Of a stretch of DNA of 64,000 nt, positions 27,349-38,225 are shown one piece after another; within the stretch, counting starts at the first letter, position 1, and the number at the start of each line of letters is the position of its first letter. The stretch spans positions 353,685 to 417,684 of the forward strand of contig OZ025734.1 in the NCBI GenBank assembly GCA_964019335.1, written 5' to 3'. Made by a program: the position numbers and the translations under genes. Below the pieces are notes generated by a model. It did not search any database and was not told where the DNA came from. It was given only the letters and a program-made list of their open reading frames with translations. This DNA comes from Diplonema japonicum (Eukaryota > Protista > Euglenozoa: Diplonemea).

Positions 27349-30300
27349 TTATTTGTGGACAGCAAGTAGGGAAGGCCTTCGGGTGTTCCTGAAGGCTGAT
27401 TTATGTGCGACCGTGAAGATGAGGCACACGGTCGCGAGGACGATTAAAAAAGCAAAGTTGCCCGCAGCGCGGGACTCCTGCAAGGGTGCAGGGGTCTGCG
27501 AGTTAAGGATACTGTCACGCAGGCACACTGTCTCCGCATTGTTCAGTGTGTACTGCTGCAAGACACCATGCAGCAGTGTGCACGTGGCCCCTACGTACCG
27601 TATCCCCGCACACGCATTGACGGCAATGCACTTCTGTTGGCACATGTCGAGGGTTTTGATGCTGCTCCATTCATACAGCACATCGGCGGCTATTTTATCA
27701 GTGCCGCACACATAGCTGAGGCTGTCCTTCACGCCAAGGTGTTCCTCGGTGTTGTGCTGCGCCTTTGCCACGCACCCCACTGCCCCAGGGACGATTGTGC
27801 GCATGCTTGCCACATGTACAGCAGACAGTCTGCAGGTACCTTGAGAATGTGTCACAAGTCTGCATTCACTAACCTTCTCACACAAGGCAACGCACTTTTG
27901 CACGCTAACTATCTTCTCCACCACGATCAAGGAGGGCGCCACGTTCTCCACATTGCTGTGGCAGTCGTACGCTTCATGGACATCGATCCTTTGCGGTGCC
28001 GCTTGCGTCCCTTCACTACGGCAGGACATAGCCGCGGAGTCCACCACCGCCACCGATCCTTCGGATCCTTTAAGCGCACACCAGCCATTGTAGTACGTGA
28101 CAGCTTTGCACTGCGCAGCAAGTTTGTTGCAAAACTCCCTGCACTGGGCCGATGAAGTCGCTTTCACTTTCCACAGATCGCCGCCAACGAGGTGCTTCCC
28201 CACAGCGCATCGGTACTTGTGAAGGGCTTCTTTGTGCTTCCGTTGTTCTTCTCCTGTTTTCCTGACACACGAAGTCGTGGTGCGTGACGCCAGCGTAACT
28301 TTGACAGCCAAGGCCCCTTTCAGCGTGCACAAAGCGGCACTATGTGTAAACAAGGCAACTGCACACGCACTGCTTCTCGTGCAGTGGTTGAGGCATGCTC
28401 TCTTCGATGTCACATTCTCCACTCGCACCAGTGTATCTCCAAGGTATGTGGTGCTCGACCTGCACATGAACTCCGACGTGCTCAGAGCGCTGCCTTGCCC
28501 GAGCTTCAGCTCTTTGGCACGGTGGCAGCTAACTATACCCGCAACACGTTCCCCCTGCACAGAACCGGCCAAGAAGCATTGCTTCGTTTTTGCATCATAG
28601 GAAAACGCTTTGCACTCCACTACTGCAGCGCTGCACGCTGCCTCGCAAGCCTTTGCCCCCTCCACTTTGAGCGTTGCCACCACACTCGTGTACCGCCAGT
28701 CTCCTTCACAGCTGTACTTAAACTTCAATGGGCTCACTAAGATCTTCGCCTCTACCGAGCTGCATGTGATGGCATCGGGATCGTACTCCAGCACAGAGCC
28801 CTTGGACTTCAACAGACACGTTCCGCTATTTTCCAAGTACACGAAGGCGCTGCATTCAGCCGACAGCGTCACACAATGATCGTGACAGCCGACAAGAGTA
28901 GCAGCTGCCTTGATCAAGGTCCTGCTCCGCACTGACGTGGCGTGCTGGCAGGTGAATTTTGGGAACACAACAGGCAAAGGTTTCACGTGCACGAGCACAG
29001 GACCGTCACGCGTTCTGAAGCAGCTCACGCCGTCGTTGGGCACCTTGGCTGCAGTCGGGTTGGACTCATGAGCCTCACATAGGGTGCATGTGCCGTTGCT
29101 GAACTTGAACATGCTACATTGACTGGGAACCAAGGTGCACAATCCTTGGCACGCTTGGATGTCCATGGTGTGCACTGTCACCAGCTCCCCTCCCGAGTAC
29201 TGTCCTGTGACACAGTGGTAGGTGTCGGCATCGTGTATCTGATCCCTGTCGTCGTGCACGGGTAGTGCAGACTTCATGCAGCTTGTAGTTTTGGCACTGG
29301 TGTTGAGGGATTTCCCCGAAGATAGCACCACGCAGCCAGGGAACACAAGTACCGTGCATGCGGGCATGGCCGCACACGTAGCTTTGCAGGCGTCAAGCGA
29401 CAAGTCGGGCAGCTTTGCCAGTTCAGTGCCATGGAACCCCACACCACCGTAGCACTTGAAGCCCAGACCATGTCTGGACACATTTGAAGAAGCCATCAGC
29501 ACAGCTCTGCCTGCAACATGAGCAGCAACTTCCTGGTACTCCATAGGGACGTCGATGCTCACACTGGGCGCTTCGAGCATCTTCCCCTTCCTGTGCGTAA
29601 CTACGTCGACCGACACATCTGTCGTACACGTCTGGACCCCCAGGATCCTGCACACCTCGGCAGCGATGTCTGCTTTCCACGACGTGATGATGTCGGGCGA
29701 CAGCTTCACAGCAGTGTCCACTGTAGTCGTGAAGGTGACAGGGTTGCGCACAGTGGGCACGGGCACAGCGAGCTCGCCACCAAGTGCTTTGAGGCACACT
29801 TTAGACCCAGGAACATCACGCCACAGTGTGACGGGCGGTGATGTGTAAATAGAGCACTTGTTATCTACGAAGAGGAGCCCCTCGCACGATGGGTGCTGGA
29901 TGCACACCCTTCGGCATCCGTCTATGCCTGCCAGCACTGTTATGGTGAAGGATGCCTCGTCTGCATCGAGTCCCATGGACTGGTGGCAGTACCACCCATC
30001 CACCAACAACCCGTACTCTACAGCAGGCGGTATGGGTGTGCAGGCCACGCTCCCGTGATGCTGCACTATGTTGTTGGCCACGCCTTGCATCACATCGTAC
30101 ACTTGGCATGTCTTCTCGCCTTGGTTGTAGGCGAAGCCTGCGCACTTCTCATCGCACATCGAAGCACACCCTTCAAGTCCTGTTGTGATGACTTGTCTAG
30201 ACCCTGCTCCTGGTTGCGTGAAGTTATAGTTCCATTCACAGGTATAGTCCTCTGCGTCCATCACGTGCTCCTTCACGCATGAAGTGTGCTCCATCGATGC

Positions 30301-31305
30301 AGGCAGTGCCCCCTTGAGCCCTGTGATGTACATGGAACAGAACCCTTCGCTGAAGGTGAGGGCTTGGCACTTTGGTATGCCCGAACAGAGGGCCTTGCAT
30401 GCAGGGATGCCGCCCTGAATGGAAGTGGTAATGTATGGTGTGTCGTTGATGACAGTGGCCGCTGTGCATGCGTATGTGTTGTCCGCGGAGGCGATGGTGT
30501 CGCGGTCGGGGCGGTCACACGAAGTCGCACGGCGCCAGTCCGCCGAGGGTTCTAGTGCGTACAGGGCACCTTTGATGTCGCATGTGTAGCATCCGACGCC
30601 TTTCGTGGTGGCAGGTCGCCTGGGCCCCAGAGAGGGGCACGCCCTGTGGTGAGTGATGCCTGCACACACGGGTATCTTATCGCAATACTGCTTGCACTGC
30701 TCCAGAGTGGGCACGTCGATCAAGCGTATTAGGTCGCCTGCGGAGTAGTGCTGACCTGTCACACACTGGTAGCGAGCGTCTGTCACTGTAGGTGTGCTGC
30801 TTGTCGCAGGGTCGAATTTTGTGCATGTTTTGAGGGCTGCATTGGCGGGGCTCCTTGTCGCGGACACAGTACGCAGCGAACAGCTGCCATCGCCAGCATG
30901 CCACACGATAGCATGGCACTGCTCCACTTTCGCACACTTCATCTTGCACACCACCTCCTCGTCCACCTTGGTAGTAAAGAGCAGCCCGCCGTCCAAACCC
31001 CCATCACTGCACTGCCATTGGACAGTCTCTTCCCCTTCAGGTAGCTTCACACACCCGCTCACATCAGACGCTGCAGATTCTATTTTTCTAATGTAACTCT
31101 TAAGTGTGCAGGCTCTCTTCTGCCCTGCGTACACCACCCCGATGCACGTTTCTACCTTCGAGCAGTAATCCGTGCAGTCATCCTCCGTGCGGCAGTTCGT
31201 CACATGCATAAGGTCCCCTCCCACGATCCTCTTCTGCTGCTGGCATTGATACTCGTCCTCCGCCGCAGCCAGCAACACCCAGAGTCCCACGAGATAGCAC
31301 TTCAT
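27349..31305 (-). CDS. PAN/apple-domain repeat surface protein (roughly 14 repeats), signal peptide and C-terminal TM
   Basis: Repeated C...GGDL...C...C....C.A..Y...C.LK...SC pattern. Hydrophobic N- and C-termini. Confidence 0.9.
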   Translation of the reverse strand: MKCYLVGLWVLLAAAEDEYQCQQQKRIVGGDLMHVTNCRTEDDCTDYCSKVETCIGVVYAGQKRACTLKSYIRKIESAASDVSGCVKLPEGEETVQWQCSDGGLDGGLLFTTKVDEEVVCKMKCAKVEQCHAIVWHAGDGSCSLRTVSATRSPANAALKTCTKFDPATSSTPTVTDARYQCVTGQHYSAGDLIRLIDVPTLEQCKQYCDKIPVCAGITHHRACPSLGPRRPATTKGVGCYTCDIKGALYALEPSADWRRATSCDRPDRDTIASADNTYACTAATVINDTPYITTSIQGGIPACKALCSGIPKCQALTFSEGFCSMYITGLKGALPASMEHTSCVKEHVMDAEDYTCEWNYNFTQPGAGSRQVITTGLEGCASMCDEKCAGFAYNQGEKTCQVYDVMQGVANNIVQHHGSVACTPIPPAVEYGLLVDGWYCHQSMGLDADEASFTITVLAGIDGCRRVCIQHPSCEGLLFVDNKCSIYTSPPVTLWRDVPGSKVCLKALGGELAVPVPTVRNPVTFTTTVDTAVKLSPDIITSWKADIAAEVCRILGVQTCTTDVSVDVVTHRKGKMLEAPSVSIDVPMEYQEVAAHVAGRAVLMASSNVSRHGLGFKCYGGVGFHGTELAKLPDLSLDACKATCAAMPACTVLVFPGCVVLSSGKSLNTSAKTTSCMKSALPVHDDRDQIHDADTYHCVTGQYSGGELVTVHTMDIQACQGLCTLVPSQCSMFKFSNGTCTLCEAHESNPTAAKVPNDGVSCFRTRDGPVLVHVKPLPVVFPKFTCQHATSVRSRTLIKAAATLVGCHDHCVTLSAECSAFVYLENSGTCLLKSKGSVLEYDPDAITCSSVEAKILVSPLKFKYSCEGDWRYTSVVATLKVEGAKACEAACSAAVVECKAFSYDAKTKQCFLAGSVQGERVAGIVSCHRAKELKLGQGSALSTSEFMCRSSTTYLGDTLVRVENVTSKRACLNHCTRSSACAVALFTHSAALCTLKGALAVKVTLASRTTTSCVRKTGEEQRKHKEALHKYRCAVGKHLVGGDLWKVKATSSAQCREFCNKLAAQCKAVTYYNGWCALKGSEGSVAVVDSAAMSCRSEGTQAAPQRIDVHEAYDCHSNVENVAPSLIVVEKIVSVQKCVALCEKVSECRLVTHSQGTCRLSAVHVASMRTIVPGAVGCVAKAQHNTEEHLGVKDSLSYVCGTDKIAADVLYEWSSIKTLDMCQQKCIAVNACAGIRYVGATCTLLHGVLQQYTLNNAETVCLRDSILNSQTPAPLQESRAAGNFAFLIVLATVCLIFTVAHKSAFRNTRRPSLLAVHK

Positions 31306-31362
31306 AACCTGAAGAGTTTACATGCAGGAAAGTGATACTAATAAATACAAGGTGTCTAATGA

Positions 31363-32694
31363 TCACGGAAGGTATCTCACAGCGAAAAGCCCGCTTGAGG
31401 TGGAGGTTAGCAGTGAAGGTTCAAGGGGGTTTGGGGCGATCCCACAGACAGAAGGTGTGGGGGCTGTGTAGATGGGCACCATGCCAGACGACGAAGTGCA
31501 GAAGGTGGACCCGTCGGAGGTAGTCCATTTGCCGAAGCGTGTGGAAGACCAGGGGACGAAGGAGATGCCTGAGATGGTGGGGACAGCAATCATGGAGAGG
31601 TCAGTGAGGTACGCAGCCGAACGTGCCTCGACGACAGGCTCCGTGCCCATCAAGTCGTCGTCGTCCTCCGCAGCCACATGCGGGACATACATGCGGACTG
31701 CCACTTGCTGCAGCACATCAATCTCAACGAGCACCCCTGTTGTCAACAGGCACAACACAGCTCCATACAAATACGGCGACGGGCGTACCCATGAAACACT
31801 TGCCTTCACAAGGCCTGGCATCCCGTATACCTCGTTCCCATCCACATCCTTCAGCTGCGAGCTTAGTGCGTTGGCCGATTGCAAAAACCCTTTCTTGAGC
31901 TGTCGCACGTCTGCGATGGAAACCTTCCCGTTGCTGAAGCCGGCGAAGAGGGTGTTGCCTGAAAGGTGTACGGCGGTAGAGGGAGGGGAGATCACAGGTG
32001 CTCGGCGGGCCGTGTTGACTTCAGTGGGTCTTGATCGGAGCTTGGTGGTTGTGAAGAGCGACATGCTGGTGCCACGCGACACATAACCTGTGTCGTGCAA
32101 GGTGCCGACAGGTGCGGACCCTACCCGTTGGTCCCATTGGTACACAACGCCATCCCTGCCCGACCCGTAGACTACGGAGGAGGGTGAGATAACAGCGTTG
32201 ATGCCTTGCGAAGATGTTGTCAACCGCATGACGGGTGTGGGGTTGGATTCGTCACAGCTCTCGAGGTCCACAGACCATGCCTCATTGTTGTGGCTGAAGC
32301 CGACAACACATTTTGCGTCGTCAGTCGCGTCCCACACACAGCACTCAATCGACTTCTGCGTTTGTGCAGATAACACCTCTGCACCATCGTCTATAACACT
32401 TATACCACCCTTCCTGCCTGCTGTTAGTGCCAGCTTTCCGTACTTGTCCCATGCAACATCCTCGTAGCCCCCATCGCCGCCATCGACTCCCTTGGCTTCT
32501 AAGTGCAGGCGTTTGTTAGCCATTCTCGCGTAGCACCCCCGGCTCATCACACCTCCACCCCTCCTCCCCATATATTGGTCTAGCAGCTCATTGTTCCCTC
32601 TTGGTCTTGCAGGTGGGCTCTCCGGCCTCTTTCTTCTCTTTATCCATGCATCTAATGTGGGTTGCCCGCTTGTCTCTTTCCTTCCCCTTTTCAT
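31363..32694 (-). CDS. WD40-repeat protein with N-terminal PIP-box-like motif and NLS
   Basis: GSGRDGVVYQWD and AGFSNGKVSIAD WD blades. Likely start MKRGRK, because the longer ORF reads through the pyrimidine tract. Motif QPTLDAWIKRRKR. Confidence 0.8.
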   Translation of the reverse strand: MKRGRKETSGQPTLDAWIKRRKRPESPPARPRGNNELLDQYMGRRGGGVMSRGCYARMANKRLHLEAKGVDGGDGGYEDVAWDKYGKLALTAGRKGGISVIDDGAEVLSAQTQKSIECCVWDATDDAKCVVGFSHNNEAWSVDLESCDESNPTPVMRLTTSSQGINAVISPSSVVYGSGRDGVVYQWDQRVGSAPVGTLHDTGYVSRGTSMSLFTTTKLRSRPTEVNTARRAPVISPPSTAVHLSGNTLFAGFSNGKVSIADVRQLKKGFLQSANALSSQLKDVDGNEVYGMPGLVKASVSWVRPSPYLYGAVLCLLTTGVLVEIDVLQQVAVRMYVPHVAAEDDDDLMGTEPVVEARSAAYLTDLSMIAVPTISGISFVPWSSTRFGKWTTSDGSTFCTSSSGMVPIYTAPTPSVCGIAPNPLEPSLLTSTSSGLFAVRYLP

Positions 32695-33108
32695 CTCTCT
32701 TTTTGTTGGTGAATTTGAAGAAACAAGAGCGGGACAGAAGAGAAAAGCGAAAAGAAAAAAAGAAGAACGAGACGGAGAGGGAGGTGAAAAGGACACGAGG
32801 AGAAAAGAAGAAGAAAAAAAAGGACAAAGGAAACCTGTCTTTTTCGGTTACCTTCTGCGACTTGGTTTTGAAGGGAGGGGGTTTAGCCGAAGGCTGTATG
32901 AACCTTTAGGGGAGGAGGGACTGCGGGGATTTAAAAAATTCGCAGTGGAAGGTATTAAAAACGATCCACCAGAGAAAAAAATCGTTGGCATCAAGCACAT
33001 GTAAGTAACATTGTTTACACAAAAAGAGAGGTAAGGTGACGACGATTGAGTCAAGAGGGAAAAGAAATAAGAAAATAATCACAAGAAAAGAAGAAAACTA
33101 TCTGGACC

Positions 33109-34665
33109 TCATAGCCTGAGTTTAAGCCCAGGAATGACGGGTGCCGTGAGGGTGTGGGCAGAGCTGGGACACTTGTTCTCAAGGTAGCCACCACCGTCGG
33201 CAGTGAGGCATTTGTCGGTGGGCTGAGTGCTGTTCTTTGACGGCCCAACGCACGAGGGAAGGTCGTAAGCAGTGACTGTCACCTGTGAGCCGTCAGTAGA
33301 GCACTTCACCATGGCAGAGCCACCAGACGTGGTCTGAAGGCAAGAGTTTTGGGGGAACTTCCCTGGTCGGCACAGTTCAGTGCACTCTGCGTTCTTGCAC
33401 TGGAGTTGTTCGAACATCCCAGTAGGGACGGGCGCAGGGCCAGGCGGTGCTGGGGTCACACCAAGCGCCAGAATAGTAGAGTCCTGCAGCTCGGTGATGG
33501 CCACAGCGTACGCAGTGTTGGCATCGATGAAGGTCATCGCCATCACGTCCCCTACGTACTTCAGGTCCGCATTCGGGACGTCCCACGTCTTCCCGCCGTC
33601 TGTGGTGTGCAGCATCGATGCGCCCTTCTGCTCGGTCGCAGCGACCCACGCCTCTGTTGCGCTCACCATTTCGATGGAAACTGCAGAGCCACCTGTCACC
33701 GCCCCGAAGGTGTAAATGTTGTTCCAGGTCTTCCCGTCTTCCGTCTTGAAGACGTGCACACCGGGGGCGCTGGACCCGTCCTGCTGGAACCCCTCCGCAA
33801 CAGCCATGCAGAGGTTCTCCGAAGCACACGAGATGCCGTTGAAGTAGTACGACCCTGTGTTGTAGTACTGCTTCTCCCACGTGGCACCGCCGTCGGTGGT
33901 CTTCGAGATGAGGGCGGTGTAGTTGCCCATGTAGCCTGGAGGGGGCGTCCCGGTGCTGGTGGGCGTCTTGCGTTCACGGGTGGAGTACTTCCCTGTCTTT
34001 TTGTTGATACTGATGCGGCTTGTCAGTTCGAAAAGGTCGTCGGCACCGCCTGCTTTTGCCGAGGGAGGAGGGGCGGGTGCTTGGGGCCACATCCCGCCTG
34101 TGATGTACCAGGTGGTGTTCGACGGGAAGGCGCCGTACCTAGCAGGTGCGTCGGGGGAGAAGTCTTTAGGCCACCAACGGCCTTTGAAGGTGATACCGCC
34201 ATCTGTGGAAATAGCGGGTCCCATGCCCCCGTTGTCCGAGCCAACCATTGCGTAGGTACGGTGCCCAAGGGAGTAGATCGCCTGTGTTGTCACGACACCC
34301 ACCTCAAGGGTTTCGTTGAAGTACTTCCCATTGAAGGTGTAGTAGGTGCCGCCGATGCCGAGTTCCACGCCACCCGCCACACCCTCGAACTGGTTCTGCA
34401 TGGCAATCGAGAGAAGGAAGATGGCAGGCTCGGGGGAGCCGATCGGAAGCTTCTCAACGTTCTGGAAATGCTCGTCTGTAGACTTGTAGATGCCGAAGAG
34501 CGTGTTTGCGTTCCCTCCTGTGATGTAGCAGGCACTTTTCGACGCGCATGAGATCCCCATAATGATCTCAAGCGGTGCACCAATGAAGGGCGGCGGGAAG
34601 AGGTCGATCCATTGCCCGCTGGCGACGCTTGCCAGCGCCATTATCATTCCGAGTGCTGCTTTCAT
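33109..34665 (-). CDS. Secreted BNR/Asp-box beta-propeller protein with Cys-rich C-terminal domain
   Basis: Signal peptide; Asp-boxes STDGGITF, TTDGGATW, TEDGKTW, TTDGGKTW. Confidence 0.88.
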   Translation of the reverse strand: MKAALGMIMALASVASGQWIDLFPPPFIGAPLEIIMGISCASKSACYITGGNANTLFGIYKSTDEHFQNVEKLPIGSPEPAIFLLSIAMQNQFEGVAGGVELGIGGTYYTFNGKYFNETLEVGVVTTQAIYSLGHRTYAMVGSDNGGMGPAISTDGGITFKGRWWPKDFSPDAPARYGAFPSNTTWYITGGMWPQAPAPPPSAKAGGADDLFELTSRISINKKTGKYSTRERKTPTSTGTPPPGYMGNYTALISKTTDGGATWEKQYYNTGSYYFNGISCASENLCMAVAEGFQQDGSSAPGVHVFKTEDGKTWNNIYTFGAVTGGSAVSIEMVSATEAWVAATEQKGASMLHTTDGGKTWDVPNADLKYVGDVMAMTFIDANTAYAVAITELQDSTILALGVTPAPPGPAPVPTGMFEQLQCKNAECTELCRPGKFPQNSCLQTTSGGSAMVKCSTDGSQVTVTAYDLPSCVGPSKNSTQPTDKCLTADGGGYLENKCPSSAHTLTAPVIPGLKLRL

Positions 34666-35077
34666 TTTTTAGAAAGTCTTTTTTTTTTTTTTTTTTGTAT
34701 CCTGTTTTGTGTTTTGTTTTTTGTTGTCGATTGAAAAAACGGAGGAGGGGGGGAAAGAAAGAAAAAAAGTGGGGGGGGGAACCATCGATAAGTGGCTTTA
34801 TTTCACTGAAATTTACTTTTTTCACCACCACCCCAGAGCTAGGGGTTCCATTCGGTAGCTTTTTCCTTTTTTTTTTTTTCTCCGTGCCCTAAAAAAAGAA
34901 AAGCAAAACCCCCTCCAAGGGAACAAAAGAAGTAAAGTTCAGAGTGAAACAAGACTAACGTGTGTGGGAGGGGGGGGGGGGGGGGGAGACAAACAAAAAT
35001 ACACGCTTTGGGTTTGAAGCTAAATCACAAACCAACTGAAACATCATCAAAGAGAGGGGGAAGGAGGGTGTAACTTC

Positions 35078-36748
35078 TTAATATCCGATGGCGCACCCAT
35101 CACATCGGTGGTCGGAGCCTGCCACCAAGACACCAGACTCGAGTCTCAAGATAATCTGCGCACGGCCCATGTTGGAGCGCTGCATGCCCTCAGCGATATA
35201 AGCATCGTGCCCCATAGCCTTGAGGGCCTCGAGTAAGGTAGGGTCGAAGCCAGGCTCCAAAGCAACCTTCCCAAATATGCCACTGTATGCATCGTTAAGA
35301 ATACAAAAGCGTGGGTGGTCGATGGACTCCTGCGGGTCAAAGCCGCACTTCAGCATGTTGATGAGATGCTGGACGTGCCCCTGGGGCTGCATGAAGCCGC
35401 CCATGTTTGTGAAGGTGGTGTGCAGGGACCCGTCCTCGTTCGTTGTGATGCACGGGATGATGGTGTGGTAAGGCCTCTTCTTCGGGGCGATGCAGTTCTT
35501 GTCAGTGGGTACCAGCGAGAAGTTGTAGCCCCTGTTCTGCAGTGTGAAGCCTGTCCCCTTCGGCACGATGTTGGACCCGAACCCCACATATGTGGAGTTC
35601 ACCATTGACACAGCATTGCCATCCTTGTCCACAGTCTGGAAGGACACCGTGCACGAGTCCTTCAGGGGCTGCCCCGCTTCCACGCTGGCCGCAGCCTTCG
35701 TTGCGTCGAAAAGCTTTGCACGCTCCGCCCCGTACTCCTTCGACAGCAGGCCCTCCAAAGGGATGTCCTCGAAGTCAGGGTCGGCGATGAATTTCCTCGC
35801 GTCAGCAAACGCAAGCCTTAATGCCTCGATCTGCGCGTGGATCACCTCAGGGCTGCCCCACTTCTCCTTGCTGAAGCTGACCTTGCCTTCCTTCTCCATC
35901 GCTTCCAGTGTGTTCAAGGCGATGAGTGCGGTGATGCCCTGCCCGTTGGGAGGGTGCCCCCACACGTCGACCCCTCCGTAGGAGGTCTTCACGGCCGCAG
36001 GGTACGTTGTGGTGTGCCCAGCAAGATCCTCGTGTGTCATGACGCCGCCCACTTCCTGCAGCGTGGCAACGATAGAGTCTGCGACCCAGCCTTGGTAGAA
36101 CCCGTTCTTGCCTTTGGAGGCTATCTCTCTCAGCACGGCGGCGAGGCCGGGGCGCTTGAAGACCTCGCCCACGGAGGGCGCGGTTTCAGCGGCTGTGAGG
36201 AGCTCTCTGCCGTGTGCTGTTGCTTTGAGGTTTTCTTGAGCGTTCTTCCACAGGGAGGCGGTGACGGGGGTGACAGGGAAGCCGTCGGCGGCAAGCTCGA
36301 TGGCCCTGCGGAAGATGTCCTCGCGGGTGACAGCACCGGAGGCGTGTGTGTCAAGGAGGTCGCACCACATGGCCACGACACCAGGCACAGTAACAGTGTG
36401 GGCATGCAGGGCAGGCAGGGCATCGCCCGCAGGTACATCCTTCAAGGCCTGCTCGAGAGTGAGTGCAGCGGGAGCCCTCCCGCTCCCGTTGACAGCCTTC
36501 ACGCCTTTGGCTTCCTTGTTGTATAGAAGGCAGAAGCCATCGCCACCCAACCCGGTGCTGCAGGGTTCCACCACAGCAAGGACAGAACCCACAGTCACAG
36601 CAGCTTCCACAGCGCTCCCCCCGCTCTTAAGGATGGCAAGCCCTGCCTCGGCAGCCAAAGGGTTGCTGCAGGCAACCATCCCTTTCATCCCCATCACCAC
36701 AGAACGTGTTGACGCCCCCACCAGTCTCTCGGCACCTGTGCGCAACAT
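35078..36748 (-). CDS. GGT: Gamma-glutamyltranspeptidase family protein
   Basis: GMVA..PLA..GL.IL..GG.A..AA, EP.STGLGGDGF, nucleophile Thr in CTVSF..VDKDGNAVS, KRPYHTIIP, MGGFMQPQG. Likely start MLRTGA. Confidence 0.95.
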   Translation of the reverse strand: MLRTGAERLVGASTRSVVMGMKGMVACSNPLAAEAGLAILKSGGSAVEAAVTVGSVLAVVEPCSTGLGGDGFCLLYNKEAKGVKAVNGSGRAPAALTLEQALKDVPAGDALPALHAHTVTVPGVVAMWCDLLDTHASGAVTREDIFRRAIELAADGFPVTPVTASLWKNAQENLKATAHGRELLTAAETAPSVGEVFKRPGLAAVLREIASKGKNGFYQGWVADSIVATLQEVGGVMTHEDLAGHTTTYPAAVKTSYGGVDVWGHPPNGQGITALIALNTLEAMEKEGKVSFSKEKWGSPEVIHAQIEALRLAFADARKFIADPDFEDIPLEGLLSKEYGAERAKLFDATKAAASVEAGQPLKDSCTVSFQTVDKDGNAVSMVNSTYVGFGSNIVPKGTGFTLQNRGYNFSLVPTDKNCIAPKKRPYHTIIPCITTNEDGSLHTTFTNMGGFMQPQGHVQHLINMLKCGFDPQESIDHPRFCILNDAYSGIFGKVALEPGFDPTLLEALKAMGHDAYIAEGMQRSNMGRAQIILRLESGVLVAGSDHRCDGCAIGY

Positions 36749-38190
36749 GTTAGGGCAGGCCTTCGTTGTGGGGGTAAGGCGTGGTGATGTGATGGGGAAA
36801 AAAAGGGAAAACAAATAGAATAAAACGGCGTGTGATACGAACAAAAAGAGAAGAAGAAGAAGAAAAGAAATGAAATTGGGAAAGCTGGAAAGAGGGGATG
36901 AAATAAGGGAAAAGAGGGAGGGAAAGAGGTATCGAAGAGGGGAAGACAAAAAAAAAGAAGAAGAAAGAAGAAGAGAAAAAAAAGGGGGGGGTGAGGTACT
37001 GTAACCTCTTAATCATTTCCCCGGGGGAAATGAAATGAGACACCCTATTTTTTTTTTTTAAAGGTATTGCCTCGTTTCGCTCGGCAGTTGGTGTGCCTAC
37101 AACACGCAAGTGAAATACATTATATGCTGGGAAAGGGGGAGGGGAGACCATTTACCCTCGGGAGAAAATCTTAAAAGGTTTACAGTAAATATAAAAAGAG
37201 ATAGAAATAAAAAGATAAATCCTTTTCTTTTTCTTTAACAAAAGAAAAATCGCCTCGCTACCTAGTTTTTTTTTTTTTGTTGCTTTTCTTCTTCCTTTCT
37301 CCTTTGATTTCTCCTGCCTTCGTGTGCATTTTTTTTTTTTTTTGCTCCCTCTTTCTTTACCCCCTTCTCAAAAAAAAAAAAGAACACAAATAATTTTTTC
37401 ATTGTTTTGCTTGTTATATGAAATCTGTCTTCACAAAAAAAGGGGGGGGAAAGGGGGAGTGGAACTTACAGAAGGAAAAAGAAGAAGAAAAATAATAAGA
37501 AAAAAGAAAGATTTGATTTTTTTTTCTCTCCCTGATTTCTGGTGTGTATGTACGGAGAACGAGTAAAATGGGGAGGGGGGGGAGAAGGGTAGGTTTACCT
37601 TAATAACCCGTAGGCCCCTTGCATGGGACACGCGCCCATTGCACCGCTGAGTAGTGGGGTTAGGTACCGAAAGCATTGACATTGACTTCCTCTTCTACTT
37701 TTTTGTTTTTTTTCCTCTTTTCCCCCCAATCACTCCGCACTTAGAGAATGGGACGCAAGGGGGAGGGGGAGGGGGGGAGGACAAAGAAATGGCCACCTCC
37801 ATGACTTCGCACCTTATGGGGACAGAACAAAACAACTTGTTACAAGAAGGAGTAAGGAAGAAATAAAAAAAAAAATAGATTCCCAGCCATGCTAACCCTT
37901 CTCTGCTTGTTCTGCCACTGGAGCCTTGCCCTATCACACGCCAAATAGCAAAATATAACGAACTTTGAATGTGTGCCTCGTTTGTTGTTTTGTTTTGTTT
38001 TTTTTTCCCCGTTGTCTTCTATCACACGTGCAAAAACATTCAAGAGCGAAAAAAAATTTCTTTTTTTCTTTCGTTTTCTGCTTTGGCGCGGGTGCGAGGC
38101 AGAGGGCCATGTTACTTGTAACAGTGACAAAAAAAGGGGGAACAGAAAAAATGAAGCAATGACTACGGAAACGGGGGAGGGAAAGGAACG

Positions 38191-38225
<35 letters not shown>

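Noticed and set aside
20567-34551. Long plus-strand ORFs (for example 20567-21625, 25690-26538, 33349-34551)
   Set aside because: They are antisense shadows of GC-rich minus-strand genes with no recognisable motifs.
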